NCBI GenBank assembly: GCA_963714015.1
Contig: OY970223.1
Location: 992,001 to 1,056,000, forward strand
Length of the DNA stretch: 64,000 nucleotides
Direction: 5' to 3'
DNA from: Vulcanimicrobiota bacterium
GTDB taxonomy: Bacteria > Vulcanimicrobiota > Vulcanimicrobiia > Vulcanimicrobiales > Vulcanimicrobiaceae
The translations under genes were made by a program, and so were the position numbers. Numbering within the stretch: the stretch's first letter is position 1; the number at the start of each line of letters is the position of its first letter. A model generated the notes under the pieces. It worked only from the letters and a program-made list of their open reading frames with translations. It did no database searches and was not told where the DNA came from. This document shows, piece after piece, positions 37,543-51,326 of the stretch.

Positions 37543-40048
37543 ATGAACAACGACATCATTTCGCAGATCAATGTTGAAGACGAAATGCGGGAGAGTTATC
37601 TCTCCTATGCGATGTCGGTTATTGCCTCGCGCGCACTTCCGGACGTGCGCGACGGACTGAAACCGGTTCAGCGGCGCATTCTCTTCGCCATGCGCGAAAT
37701 GGGCATGGATCCCGGTAAACAGCATCGCAAGTGCGCCGGTATCATCGGCGAGGTGCTGAAGTCGTTCCATCCGCACGGGGACTCGTCGGTATACGACGCG
37801 CTCGTGCGCATGGCGCAGGATTTCACGCTGCGCTATCCGCTCGTCGACGGCCACGGCAACTTCGGCTCGATCGATCCGGATCCGCCCGCAGCCTACCGGT
37901 ACACGGAAGCGCGACTGGCGCGTCCTTCCACTGAAGTTCTTAGCGACATCGACAAAGAGACGGTGCCGTTCGTTCCTAACTTCGACAATCAGGGAACCGA
38001 GCCGCGCGTTCTGCCGGGCAAACTGCCGCAGCTCCTGCTCAACGGATCGAGCGGCATCGCCGTCGGCATGGCGACGAACATTCCGCCGCATAATCTGAAC
38101 GAGATTGCCGACGCAATTGCGGCAATCATCGACGATCCTTCGGTTACCGACGACACGCTGGCTGAAATCGTTACCGGTCCCGATTTCCCCACCGGCGGGA
38201 TCATCATGGGCCAAGAAGCGATCAAAGAAGCGTACCGCACGGGCCGCGGCTCCATTTCAATTCGCGGCAAGGCCGAGATCGAAGAAGAGCGCGGGAAGCA
38301 CCGGATCGTCATCACCGAGATTCCGTATCAGGTGTACAAGAACCGGATCGTCGAAGCGATCGCGGAGGCGCACGCCGAGAAGCGTATTCAGGGAATAGCC
38401 CGCCTCGACGACATGAGCAATCGCAAGGGCATGCGCGTCATCGTCGAGCTGCAGAAGTCGGCAACGCCCAAAGTGGTGCTCAATCAGCTTTACAAGCACA
38501 CGCCGCTGCAGTCCAGCTTTGGGTTCAACATGCTCGCGCTCGTCCCGGTGGGGGAACCGCGTCCGGATGGAACCGTTGCGATCGAACCCCAGGTGCTTTC
38601 GCTCAAGCAGCTGCTCGAGCATTACATCACGCACCGCAAAGACGTCGTCACGCAAGCGGACGCAGTACGACCTCCGCAAGGCCGAAGAACGCGCGCATAT
38701 CCTGGAAGGCTACCGGATCGCGCTCGACAACATTGACGAAGTCATCGAGATCATTCGCGCCAGTCAGACGACGGACGAAGCCAAGCAGCGCCTGAGCAAT
38801 CGGTTCCAACTCACTGAGATACAAGCGACTACGATCGTCGACATGCGTCTGCGCACGCTGACCGGCTTGGAACGGCAGAAGATCGAGGACGAGTACGCGG
38901 AACTGATCAAGACCATCGCCGAACTGCAGGATATTTTGAGAAGCCCGCGCCGCATTGCCGGCATCGTGAAGACCGAAATCCTCGAGGTCAAAAAGAAGTT
39001 CGGCGACGACCGGCGCACGGTGATCGTGCCGGCCGAAGACGAGTTTTCGGCCGAAGCGCTCATTCCGAATACGGACGTCGTCGTTACTTCAACCGTCGGC
39101 GGGTACATCAAGCGCGTTTCGGTCGACACGTTCAAGACGCAGAACCGCGGCGGCCGCGGCGTCATCGGCATTTCCAACCTCAAGCGCGAAGACGTCGTGC
39201 GTAACTTCTTCATTACGAAGACGCACGATCACGTGCTGTTCTTCACGAACAAGGGACGCGCGTACCGTTTGCGCGGCTTTGAAATTCCCGATACGACCCG
39301 TCAGGCGCGCGGAACGGCGCTGGTAAACCTGCTGACGCTGCCGCCCGGCGAATACGTTACGGCGGTCTTCCCCGTGCGGAACTTCGGCGGCGAGCGCTAC
39401 ATGGTGATGGTTACCAAGAACGGCGTCATCAAGAAAACCAAGCTCGAGGAGTTCTCGAACGTGCGCCGCAACGGATTGAATTCGATCGGCTTGGACGAAG
39501 CGGACGAACTGCTCGCGGTCGATCTCTCGGACGGCACTCGAGACATCATCCTTGCAACCGTCAACGGAATGGCAGTGCATTTCAACGAGAAAGACGTTCG
39601 CCCCATGGGCCGCAACGCGCGCGGCGTGAAAGCGATGACGCTCGATCGGGGCGACACGATCGTCGCAATGGACGTGCTCGAAGACAATCGCCGCGAGGTG
39701 CTCCTGGTAACGACCAAAGCATTCGGCAAGCGTACGCCCATCGCCGAGTACCGGCATACGTCTCGCGGCGGAAAAGGCGTCAAGGCGTTTGCCAAGGAGC
39801 GGGAGGACATCGGAAAAGTCGTCGATCAGATCCTGGTGGCTCCGGAGGACGAAATCTTGCTGATGACGTCGTCTAATCAGGTCATCCGTCTGCGCGTCTC
39901 CGACATTCGGAAGGCCGGACGCTCTACCAAGGGCGTCCGTCTGCAGCGGCTGGGCGAAGGCGACGAAGTGATTGCGATCACCAACCTGGGCAAACAATCC
40001 AAGCAGATAACCGAGATCACCGGCGAGCCGGCCGACCTCCCGGCGTAG
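37543..40048 (+). CDS. gyrA: DNA gyrase subunit A (apparent extra base near 38652)
   Basis: RALPDVRDGLKPVQRR, HPHGD, AAYRYTE catalytic Tyr, GyrA-box QNRGGRG. Confidence 0.96.
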
Positions 40049-40119
40049 AGGTTAGCCGGACTCGCAACCGGCCCGGGTAACCCCGAGTTAATAGACGCAG
40101 AAGGAGAGTAATCCGTCAG

Positions 40120-40446
40120 ATGAGTGCATTGGCCGACGTTTCGCAAAACAATTTTCAGAGTGAGGTCATCGGTTCCAACGAGCCGGTGCTGGTCGATTTT
40201 TGGGCTCCCTGGTGCGGTCCGTGCAAAATGCTGGCGCCCGTCGTCGAAAAGGTTGCCTCCGCTCACGCCGGACGCGCGAAGTTCGTGAAGCTCAATACGG
40301 ACGACAATCCGAGCCTCGCGGGAGAGTATCAAGTCTCCGGCATCCCGTGCCTGATCCTGTTCAAAGGCGGCAAGCCCGTCGATCGCATCGTGGGGTACGT
40401 TTCCGAACAGACGATCAATTCGATGCTGAGCAAGCACGTAGCGTAA
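40120..40446 (+). CDS. trxA: Thioredoxin
   Basis: WAPWCGPC. Confidence 0.97.
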   Translation: MSALADVSQNNFQSEVIGSNEPVLVDFWAPWCGPCKMLAPVVEKVASAHAGRAKFVKLNTDDNPSLAGEYQVSGIPCLILFKGGKPVDRIVGYVSEQTINSMLSKHVA

Positions 40447-40453
40447 CAGGTCA

Positions 40454-41801
40454 ATGAGCGCAATGCGCGGTTTGCCCGCCGTGCATCGCCTGTTGTCGGA
40501 CCCGCGGCTCGCGGGTTTCGAGGATTTGTTCGGAAGAGAGCGCGTGAAACGAGCCGTCAACGAAGTCCTCGACCGCGCTCGCCGAACGGCAAACGGCAAT
40601 ACACCGAATTACGATCTTTTGATAGCGGCGGTCGCCGGCAAATTGGACGACGAACGTTTCAGCGCGCTTCTGCCGGTCATCAACGCGACCGGCATTCTTC
40701 TGCATACGAACCTGGGCCGCGCGCCCCTTGCAAGCACCGCGTTGGATGCGGTTGCGAGCATTGGGCGCGGATATTCCAATCTCGAATACGATCTTACAGC
40801 CGGCGAGCGCGGCACGCGTTACTCGCGCGTTACGTCGTTGCTGCATGCGGTTACCGGTGCTCAGGATGTCCTCGTCGTGAACAACTGTGCGGCGGCAGTG
40901 CTCTTGATTTTGGACACATTCGCAAAAGGGCGCCAGGTCGTCGTCGCCCGCAGTCAGCTGGTGGAGATCGGCGGAGGCTTTCGGATCCCGGACGTCTTAG
41001 CGCGCAGCGGTGCGCACCTCGTTGAAGTAGGAGCGACGAACAAGGTCTATCTCTCGGACTTTGAACGAGCGTTGACGGCTCAAACGGCCCTCCTACTGCG
41101 AATCCATCCATCAAACTTTCAGATAAGCGGGTTCACCGCCGAAGTAAGCGGCGCCGAGCTTTCGCGTTTGGGACGGCGCGCGGGAATTCCGGTGGTCGAA
41201 GACTTGGGCAGCGGCGCCCTCGTCGATCTTGCGTCTTGCGGCTTGCCTCACGAGCGCACGGTCCGCGACGCCGTTGAAGACGGCATAGATCTGATCGCGT
41301 TCTCCGGCGACAAAGTGCTGGGCGGACCGCAAGCGGGGATCATCGCAGGCCGAAGCGCGCTCGTCGCGCGGCTGCGCACGAATCCGCTTTTGCGCGCCTT
41401 GCGCGTCGACAAGATGACGCTGGCCGCACTTGGAGAGACGCTCCGCCTGCACGCGTCGCCCGAGCTGCGTAAGCAGATTCCGTTCTTTGCGATGCTCGAA
41501 GCGACGCTCGACGATCTGCGCGAACGCGGCCGCCGCTACACCGGCGGAATAGCCGGGTGCGGCCATCGTCGAAAGCATCGCCTATGCCGGCGGCGGCACG
41601 CTCCCGCAGTCCGAGGTGCCGTCGGTCGCCATTGCTCTGGAACCCGTAAGCGGCGCAACGGCGTTTGCTGCCGCGCTACGCCGTCGAGCGCTGCCGATCG
41701 TGGCGCGCGTCGAGCGAGATCGCGTATTGCTCGACCTTCGGACGATATTGCCGCACCAGGACGAAGACGTCATCCGCGCACTCGTCACCATGATGCGTTG
41801 A
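40454..41801 (+). CDS. selA: L-seryl-tRNA(Sec) selenium transferase (apparent extra base near 41561)
   Basis: [49 protein letters not shown] in the shifted frame. Confidence 0.95.
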
Positions 41802-43669
41802 TGCACATCATCGGAACGGCCGGCCACGTCGATCACGGGAAATCGTCGCTCGTCAATGCGCTCACGGGTACGAATCCGGATCGCTGGCTGGAGGAGCAAC
41901 TTCGAGGGATGACGCTGGATTTGGGTTTTGCGCATTTGCGTTTTCCCGACGGCGTAGAAGCGGGTATCGTCGACGTCCCGGGTCACGAGCGCTTTCTGCA
42001 TAACATGCTGGCGGGAGCGGCGGGAATGCAGACTTTTGCTTCTCGTCATCGCGGCAACGGAAGGCGTCATGCCGCAGACGATCGAGCATCTGCAGATTCT
42101 GCAGTATCTGAACGTGCGCGAAACGATCGTCGTGCTTACGAAGATGGATCTCATTCCGCCGGAACAAGCCGGAGCCGTCTGCAAAAACGTGTATGAGGAA
42201 CTGAAGGAAACGATGGCGGCGAATGCGCCGATCTTCGCCGTCTCCACGCTGACGGGACAAAATCTCGACGCGCTGCGCGAAGGGATTCACGAAACCCTCG
42301 CGCGGCTGCCGCAGTGCAATCCGTCGGCTCCGGCATATCTCCCCATCGACCGCGTCTTTGCGTTACCTGGACACGGCACAATCGTTACCGGAACGCTGAT
42401 GCAGGGCCGGATTGCAATCGGCGATACTCTTGCGCTGCAGCCCTCCGGAAAACGCGTTCGCGTGCGAAGCTTGCAGAGTTTCGGCGAAAAACGCGACTTC
42501 GTCGAAGGCGGAGCCCGTGCCGCAGTCAACATTCCGTCGGTCGCCGTTCACGACATCGCGCGGGGCGAAATGCTTGTTGCGCCGCAGTTCGAAGCGTCCG
42601 ATTCGTTTCTCGTCGAGTTTACGCCGCTGGAGGCGGCTCTCGCGATTCTTCGGCGGCGCAACGCCGTTCGCGCGTATATCGGATCTGCCGAGATCCTCGG
42701 AACTCTCGTCTTCGAAGAGATTCCGCGCGACCTTCAAACGGTACGCGCCGAGCTGTTTTTGCGTAAGGCCACTGTCGCGTACCCTGGAACGGCTTACGTA
42801 CTGCGACGGCTGTCGCCTAAGGATTTACTGGGCGGCGGAACGATCGCGCGGAGCGCTGGGATCGTCGAATCCGTGCAAGATGCGCCGACGGCGCCCGAGT
42901 CATCGGTTTTGGCCGCGCTCGCGCAGGCCGGTTTAGCCGCGCCGACTGCCGGCGAGATCGCGCGCAGTACCAATCTTCGCGAAGACGGAGTGGAAGAAGC
43001 GCTCGAAGCGCTCGTGCAGCGCGGCGAAGTCCTGCGCATTGCAAAACCGACTGCATACGTGCACGAAAGCGCCGCCGCGCGAGTTTTTTTCGAGGATTGA
43101 GGAAGCGCTGCGGCAGCAGCATGAATTGGAACCCTGGGCAATGGGCGCCACCTCGCTGCGTCTTGCCAGATCGCTCTCTGTCGGACGAGTCGATGCTCGT
43201 CCGGATATTGGACGCTTTCGTAGACCAGGGCAAAGTTGCGCGCCGCGCGGGCTACTTTGCGCTCGTAGGCTTCACGCCGAAACTCAGCAGCGAACAGCAA
43301 GCATTTTTCGACGAAGAACTGCGCACCGGCGCCGCCGCTCCGTTCGCGCCGGTACCGCTCGCGCAAGTCGTCAGCGCCGTGAAGCACTCCCGTATTGACG
43401 GAATCGGCAAGGCTTTCGATACGCTGCTTGCCAAAGGTGCATTAGTGAAGGTAAACGACGACCTTTACCTGGGTGCTCAAATAGCGCAGATACACGGCCG
43501 GATCGAGCAGTTTTTGCGGCTCAACGACCGGATGACCATGGCGCAGTTTCGCGACCTCATCGGAACCTCGCGCAAATATGCCGTCCCCTTGCTCGAGTGG
43601 TTCGACGCCCGCGGCATTACCGTTCGGAGCGGCGATTACCGAATGCTGCGAGCCAAGAAATCCGCGTGA
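41801..43669 (+). CDS. selB: Selenocysteine-specific elongation factor (apparent extra bases near 42032, 43090, 43184)
   Basis: [37 protein letters not shown] winged helix. Confidence 0.95.
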
Positions 43670-44676
43670 TCGACGTACGCGCACTGCCCAAGGCGGAGCT
43701 GCACGTGCATCTGGAAGGGACCCTGGAACCGGAGCTCGCTCTTGCCTTGGGGCAACGGAACGGTGTGCGGCTTTCGTTCGAAGATCCGGCAGGGGCGCGG
43801 GCGTTTTACAATTTTAAAGATCGCGCCGCGTTTGCGAATCTGTATCACGAAACGCAAAGCGTTCTGCGAACCGAGCGAGATTTTGAAGAACTGGCAAAAG
43901 CATACCTGCGGCGCGCGCAGGGCCAGAACGTGCGTCACTCCGAGGTATTCTTCGATCCGCAGAGCCATCTGGAGCGCGGCGTGCCGTTCGACGTCGTTAT
44001 CGACGGATTGTGGTCCGCCTTCTCGCGCAGCGAAATCGATTTCAACATCAGCACCGCACTCATCATGTGCTTTATGCGCGATCGTTCGCAGCGCGGCGCG
44101 CTGCAGACGCTTTCGCTCGCGCTTCCATACCAAGACCGCATCATCGGCGTTGGTTTAGACTCCGGCGAAGAAGGCAACCCGCCCGCCGCATTCGTTACCG
44201 TTTTCGAACAAGCGCGGGCACATGGCTTTTTAGCGGTGGCGCATGCCGGCGAAGTGGGGCCGCCTGCGTACATTTGGCAAGCTCTTGACGATTTGCGTGC
44301 CGTGCGGATCGATCATGGAATTCGCGCTCTCGAAGATGCCGAGCTGACCAATCGACTCGTGCGTACGCGCATGCCGCTGACTGTCTGTCCGCTCTCGAAC
44401 GTGCGGATGGGCGCGGTCGCCAGCCTGGCGCATCATCCGCTCAAACGCATGCTGGGCGCCGGACTGATGGTCAGCGTAAACTCCGGCGATCCGGCGTACT
44501 TCGGCGGTTACGCCGCCGAGAATTACGAGGCTGCCGCATCGGCGCTGCGACTCTCCGACGACGATCTACTGACCCTTGCGCGCAACTCTTTTGCGTCCGC
44601 TTTCTTGGACGACGGCACGCGCTGGAAATATTACGAAGAGATCGCGGCGGTATCCAAACGCGAGCAAAGCGCTTAG
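43666..44676 (+). CDS. add: Adenosine/adenine deaminase
   Basis: LPKAELHVHLEG, AHAGE, RIDHG, CPLSN. Confidence 0.92.
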   Translation: MIDVRALPKAELHVHLEGTLEPELALALGQRNGVRLSFEDPAGARAFYNFKDRAAFANLYHETQSVLRTERDFEELAKAYLRRAQGQNVRHSEVFFDPQSHLERGVPFDVVIDGLWSAFSRSEIDFNISTALIMCFMRDRSQRGALQTLSLALPYQDRIIGVGLDSGEEGNPPAAFVTVFEQARAHGFLAVAHAGEVGPPAYIWQALDDLRAVRIDHGIRALEDAELTNRLVRTRMPLTVCPLSNVRMGAVASLAHHPLKRMLGAGLMVSVNSGDPAYFGGYAAENYEAAASALRLSDDDLLTLARNSFASAFLDDGTRWKYYEEIAAVSKREQSA

Positions 44677-45759
44677 TGCCGCAGCGTTAGAACGCCGATG
44701 ACTACCTCGATCACGATCAGCACGATGACGATGATTTCGAGAAACTGTTCGCGCCCTCCGCGCGCCTGATCGTTCAGAAAGCGGTAGATCTCCCCGACGC
44801 TGCCGATCTTGCGATCGATCTGACGCTCCCAGTCTTCCAGCGCGAGCCGCTTTGCCGCTGCGCGATAGATGCGCGCGTAGTAAGCGTCTCCGATAATCTT
44901 CAGCGCGTTGCTCGAACGATCGATGCAGCTCCAGCACGTCGACGATCATGTACCGCAGACTTCCCGCTTGTTCGGCTGCGCGACGGCCCAAGGGCGAGCG
45001 AATGGGGCGGCCGGGCTGCATCGCATAGATGTCGTCCAGTTCGCGGTCGAGCAGCGCGTCATAGGTTCGCAGTTCGACGAGCTGAGAGTTGGCAAATTCC
45101 AAAATGTCGCCTATCGCTTCGGCGCTCTCGCGGCGATCGTAGATGAACGCGGCGTCCCACTGTACGATCGTCAGATCGTCGACGAAGTAGACGAAGCGCT
45201 CGCGCAGGGCGGTCGCGAGGTATGAGCGCGAGAGATTGCCGCTTTCGCCTAGGATCAGCGACCCGAGATCGTTTTCGTATTCCGTTTCGAGGGCGCTGCC
45301 CGCGATGGACGGATTGAAGTGCTCGACTTCGATGATGAAATAGTCTTCCATCAGCGGCTCGTGCGGGTCGTCGAGCGCGTGCGCGATGTCCCGGCGAACC
45401 TCCTCGAGCGTCCGGTTGGCCGCTTGCGGAAGGTCGCCGGTATTACGCACCGTGTTCGCAAACTCCATGAACTCATGCCAGCCGCCGGAGAACGGCAGCG
45501 AGAGCCGCACGGAGACGACGCCGTAGTCGAAGACTTTGATCCGCCGCTCCACCTTGCGGCCGCCCACCGTCTCCTCCGAAAGCCGCGCGACGAGCGGCGG
45601 TACCGGGAATTCCAGATATGCCGGTGACGTATGGGGCCGCAGCCGCAGATGGGCCGGAGCGAGGCCCTCTCCGCCCACGCTGCGAAGCGCGCGCAAATCG
45701 ATCGTGTCCGCAATGTCGTACAGGTAAAAAGCGCGAAGCGCGCCGGCTGCGACTTCCAC
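44673..45759 (-). CDS. RMD1/DUF155-like protein (apparent extra base near 44927)
   Basis: YDIADTIDL, FDYGVVSV, ELRTYD..LD; C-terminal LEIIVIVLIVIE TM in the shifted frame; start uncertain. Confidence 0.65.
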
Positions 45760-45846
45760 GGCTTGGCTGGGTACGGTAAAGGCTGCAGCGAGCCTTTGAA
45801 CGACGAAACCGAAAGGGCCCTCCTGCTGTCCTAGAATAGTGAAAAT

Positions 45847-48480
<2,634 letters not shown>

Positions 48481-48537
48481 CAGGCACCATGGTAGGCGGC
48501 GACTGCGCCGAGATCGTGCGAGCCGGAGGAGTAAACC

Positions 48538-48676
48538 GTGATTCACCAGATTGCGCCGGTGTTCTTTACGAGGAACATTGCGGCTACCGCAGCGTGGGCA
48601 ACATGCCGTGGAACTCGCGCAATTCGTGGTGAAGGACTGTGACGGCCGTCTGCTACTGTTCGGCTCCAACCCGTAG
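48538..48676 (+). pseudogene. Internally deleted VOC/glyoxalase remnant
   Basis: GGAGGAG RBS, MIHQIAPVFFTRNIAAT N-terminus joined almost directly to PWNSR/FVVKDCDGRLLLFG C-terminus. Confidence 0.6.
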
Positions 48677-49069
48677 TTCCGGCGCACCCTCGCCGGGATA
48701 ATTGAAGAAGAGCTGGTTGCCGTCCGGATCGTCGACGACCAGCACTCGGTAGCCCCAGGATCCATCCTTGACGGGAACGCCTTTGGCATCGAATTCCGAG
48801 CGCAGCGCATCTACTGCGGCGGCGGCCGCTTCGCGCGTCGCCGGCTCGACGTTCAGTGAAATGAACATGAGCCCATTGCCAATCTTCTCCGGCCACGTGT
48901 CGGCCAGAATAAGCGCGCAACCTTGCCGATCGACTTGCGCGACATGCGGTTTGCCCTCGTCGTCGTAGCGCCATGGGCTCGTGAAACCGAGTCGATTAAC
49001 GTAAAAGCCGAGCGAAGCCTCAACGTCGCTCACGTGCAGGACGGCACGCGCGAACCAATCAACGGACAT
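48653..49069 (-). CDS. VOC/glyoxalase family protein
   Basis: VSDVEASLGFY..RLGF; WGYR..VVDDPDGNQLFF. Confidence 0.88.
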   Translation of the reverse strand: MSVDWFARAVLHVSDVEASLGFYVNRLGFTSPWRYDDEGKPHVAQVDRQGCALILADTWPEKIGNGLMFISLNVEPATREAAAAAVDALRSEFDAKGVPVKDGSWGYRVLVVDDPDGNQLFFNYPGEGAPELRVGAEQ

Positions 49070-49180
49070 AGCGTTCCTTTCGCCGGGCGGCCGGCGTCCA
49101 CCGTCACCCACTGAAACATTCCGGATTTCTTCCCAGTAGTACGGGACAGTCAAGGCAGCAAAAAGCAAGAGGTACGAATC

Positions 49181-49327
49181 ATGCAAGGCCTGACAGTCTT
49201 TCCCAGTCTAGTTGACGCATTGAGCGCCGGATACCACGTCTACGATCGCACGCCCCGCGGCTACCTTATGAGGACCCGCACGGCCGCTGGTTGGGCACTT
49301 GCACTCGTGGAGCCGCGCCTACCGTAA
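49181..49327 (+). CDS. 48-aa hypothetical protein (not in ORF track)
   Basis: GAGG RBS; MQGLTVFPSLVDALSAGYHVYDRTPRGYLMRTRTAAGWALALVEPRLP*. Confidence 0.6.
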   Translation: MQGLTVFPSLVDALSAGYHVYDRTPRGYLMRTRTAAGWALALVEPRLP

Positions 49328-49337
49328 AGAGAGTATC

Positions 49338-49451
49338 ATGCTCGTAGAATCCTCGAAGAGCAAATCCGAAACGCCCGCGGCGACGACCCGCGTACGCCTG
49401 CCCGTCCAAATGGAAAGCCGCATATTCGGCGGCTGGGGAATCCGCTTCTAA
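49338..49451 (+). CDS. 37-aa hypothetical peptide (not in ORF track)
   Basis: AGAGAG RBS-like; MLVESSKSKSETPAATTRVRLPVQMESRIFGGWGIRF*. Confidence 0.4.
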   Translation: MLVESSKSKSETPAATTRVRLPVQMESRIFGGWGIRF

Positions 49452-49456
49452 AAAGA

Positions 49457-51284
49457 CTACGCTTTACTCAGAACGCGTTTGCGCGCACGTATGCGATCGG
49501 TTTCATTGAGCAGCCGCTTGCGCAAACGAATCGACTTCGGCGTCACCTCGACGAGTTCGTCGTCCTCGATGAATTCGATGGCGCGCTCCAACGAAAGATC
49601 CTCCGGCGGCGCCAACTTCACGTTCTCATCCGATCCGGCCGCTCGCATGTTCGTGAGTTTCTTTTCCCGCACCACATTGAGCGCCACGTCCTTGTCGTCG
49701 TTAGCACGGCCGACGATCATCCCCTCATAAACGTCGAGGCCCGGCGCAACGAAGTAACGCCCGCGCTGCTCGAGCCCCATCAGCGCATAGCCCGTCGTGC
49801 GGCCGGTGTCGCTGGCGACGAGCGCGCCGACGTTCCGTCCAGGGAGCTCTCCTTGCCATTCCTGATGATCGTAATACGTGTGAGACATTACTGCCGTGCC
49901 GCGCGTGAGCGTGAGAAGCTCGCCGCGCAGCCCGAAGATCGCGCGGGTCGGCATGGTATATTCCAAGCGTCGCGATTCGGCCACGTTGATCATGTTCGAC
50001 ATGATCGCTTTACGGCGTCCGAGCGCTTCGATGACCGGCCCCTCGTACTCTGAGGGCACGTCCACCACCACGTACTCGACGGGTTCCCACTTCTTGCCGT
50101 CGCGTTCCGTAACGATCACTTGCGGCTTGGAAACCTGCAGCTCGTAGCCTTCGCGCCGCATCGTCTCGATCAAAATGGAGAGATGAAGTTCGCCGCGGCC
50201 TCGCACTTCGAACGTGTCGGCGGAATCGGTGTCGGCGACGCGCAGGGCGACGTTCGACTCGAGCTCGGCCATCAAACGTCCTCGAATCTGGCGCGACGTC
50301 AAATACTTGCCTTCTTTTCCGGCGAACGGCGAATTGTTGACGCTGAAGAACATCGAAACGGTGGGCTCGTCGACTGCGATGGCGTGTACGCCTTCCGGCG
50401 CGTTGACGTCGGCAATCGTGTCACCGATGTTCAGACCTTCGATTCCTGAAACGCAGACGATGTCGCCGGCGGTGGCCTCCTCCACTTCGACGCGTTCCAG
50501 GCCTTGGAACGTGAGCAATTTGGTCAGGCGCAATCCCGTCTCTACGCCGCCGTCGCGCGCGACTTTGGCGATGGGCGCATTCATGCGCGCGCTGCCGCGA
50601 AAGACCCGGCCGATACCGATGCGTCCGACGTATTTGTTGTGATCGATGGCCGATATCAGCATCTGAAAGCCGCCGTCTTCAGCCGGCGCTTCCGGAACGT
50701 GATCGCAGATCACCTTGAAAAGGGGCTCGAGATCCTGCGCTAGGATCCTCGAGCGTGCGTTTGGCGATGCCGAGTTTTCCGTTGGTGAATACCGTCGGGA
50801 AATCGGCTTGCTCGTCGTTGGCGCCGAGCTCGATGAAGAGGTCGAAGACTTCGTTCACGACTTCGGTCGGCCGTGCATCTTTGCGGTCGATTTTATTGAC
50901 GACGACGATGGCCTTGAGATCGAGTTCGAGCGCTTTACGAAGCACGAAGCGCGTCTGCGGCATGACGCCCTCGGCTGCGTCCACGAGCAGCAGCACGCCC
51001 TGGACCATCTGCAGTACCCGTTCTACCTCGCCGCCGAAGTCGGCGTGTCCGGGCGTGTCGACGATGTTGAACTTGACGTCCCCATGCCGGATGGCCGTGT
51101 TTTTGGCCAGAATGGTGATGCCGCGTTCGCGTTCGAGAGGATTTGAGTCCATCACGCGCGTTTCCACGTGCTGGCCCTCGCGAAAGACGCCGCTCTGGCG
51201 GAGCATGGCGTCCACCAGGGTCGTTTTGCCATGGTCGACGTGGGCGATGATGGCGACGTTGCGGATGCCGGGACGGGTTTTCAC
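49457..51284 (-). CDS. typA: Translational GTPase TypA/BipA (apparent extra base near 50739)
   Basis: [39 protein letters not shown]. Confidence 0.96.
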
Positions 51285-51326
51285 GTTTGAACTCTTACCA
51301 TAGAACGCGCCTAATACGCTACCTTT

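Noticed and set aside
38640..43190. Programmed frameshifting or true pseudogenes in gyrA, selA, selB
   Set aside because: The same one-extra-base pattern recurs across unrelated genes with otherwise intact motifs; sequencing error is simpler
45780..45846. CIRCE or CtsR operator upstream of clpB
   Set aside because: Neither TTAGCACTC-N9-GAGTGCTAA nor GTCAAA repeats are present
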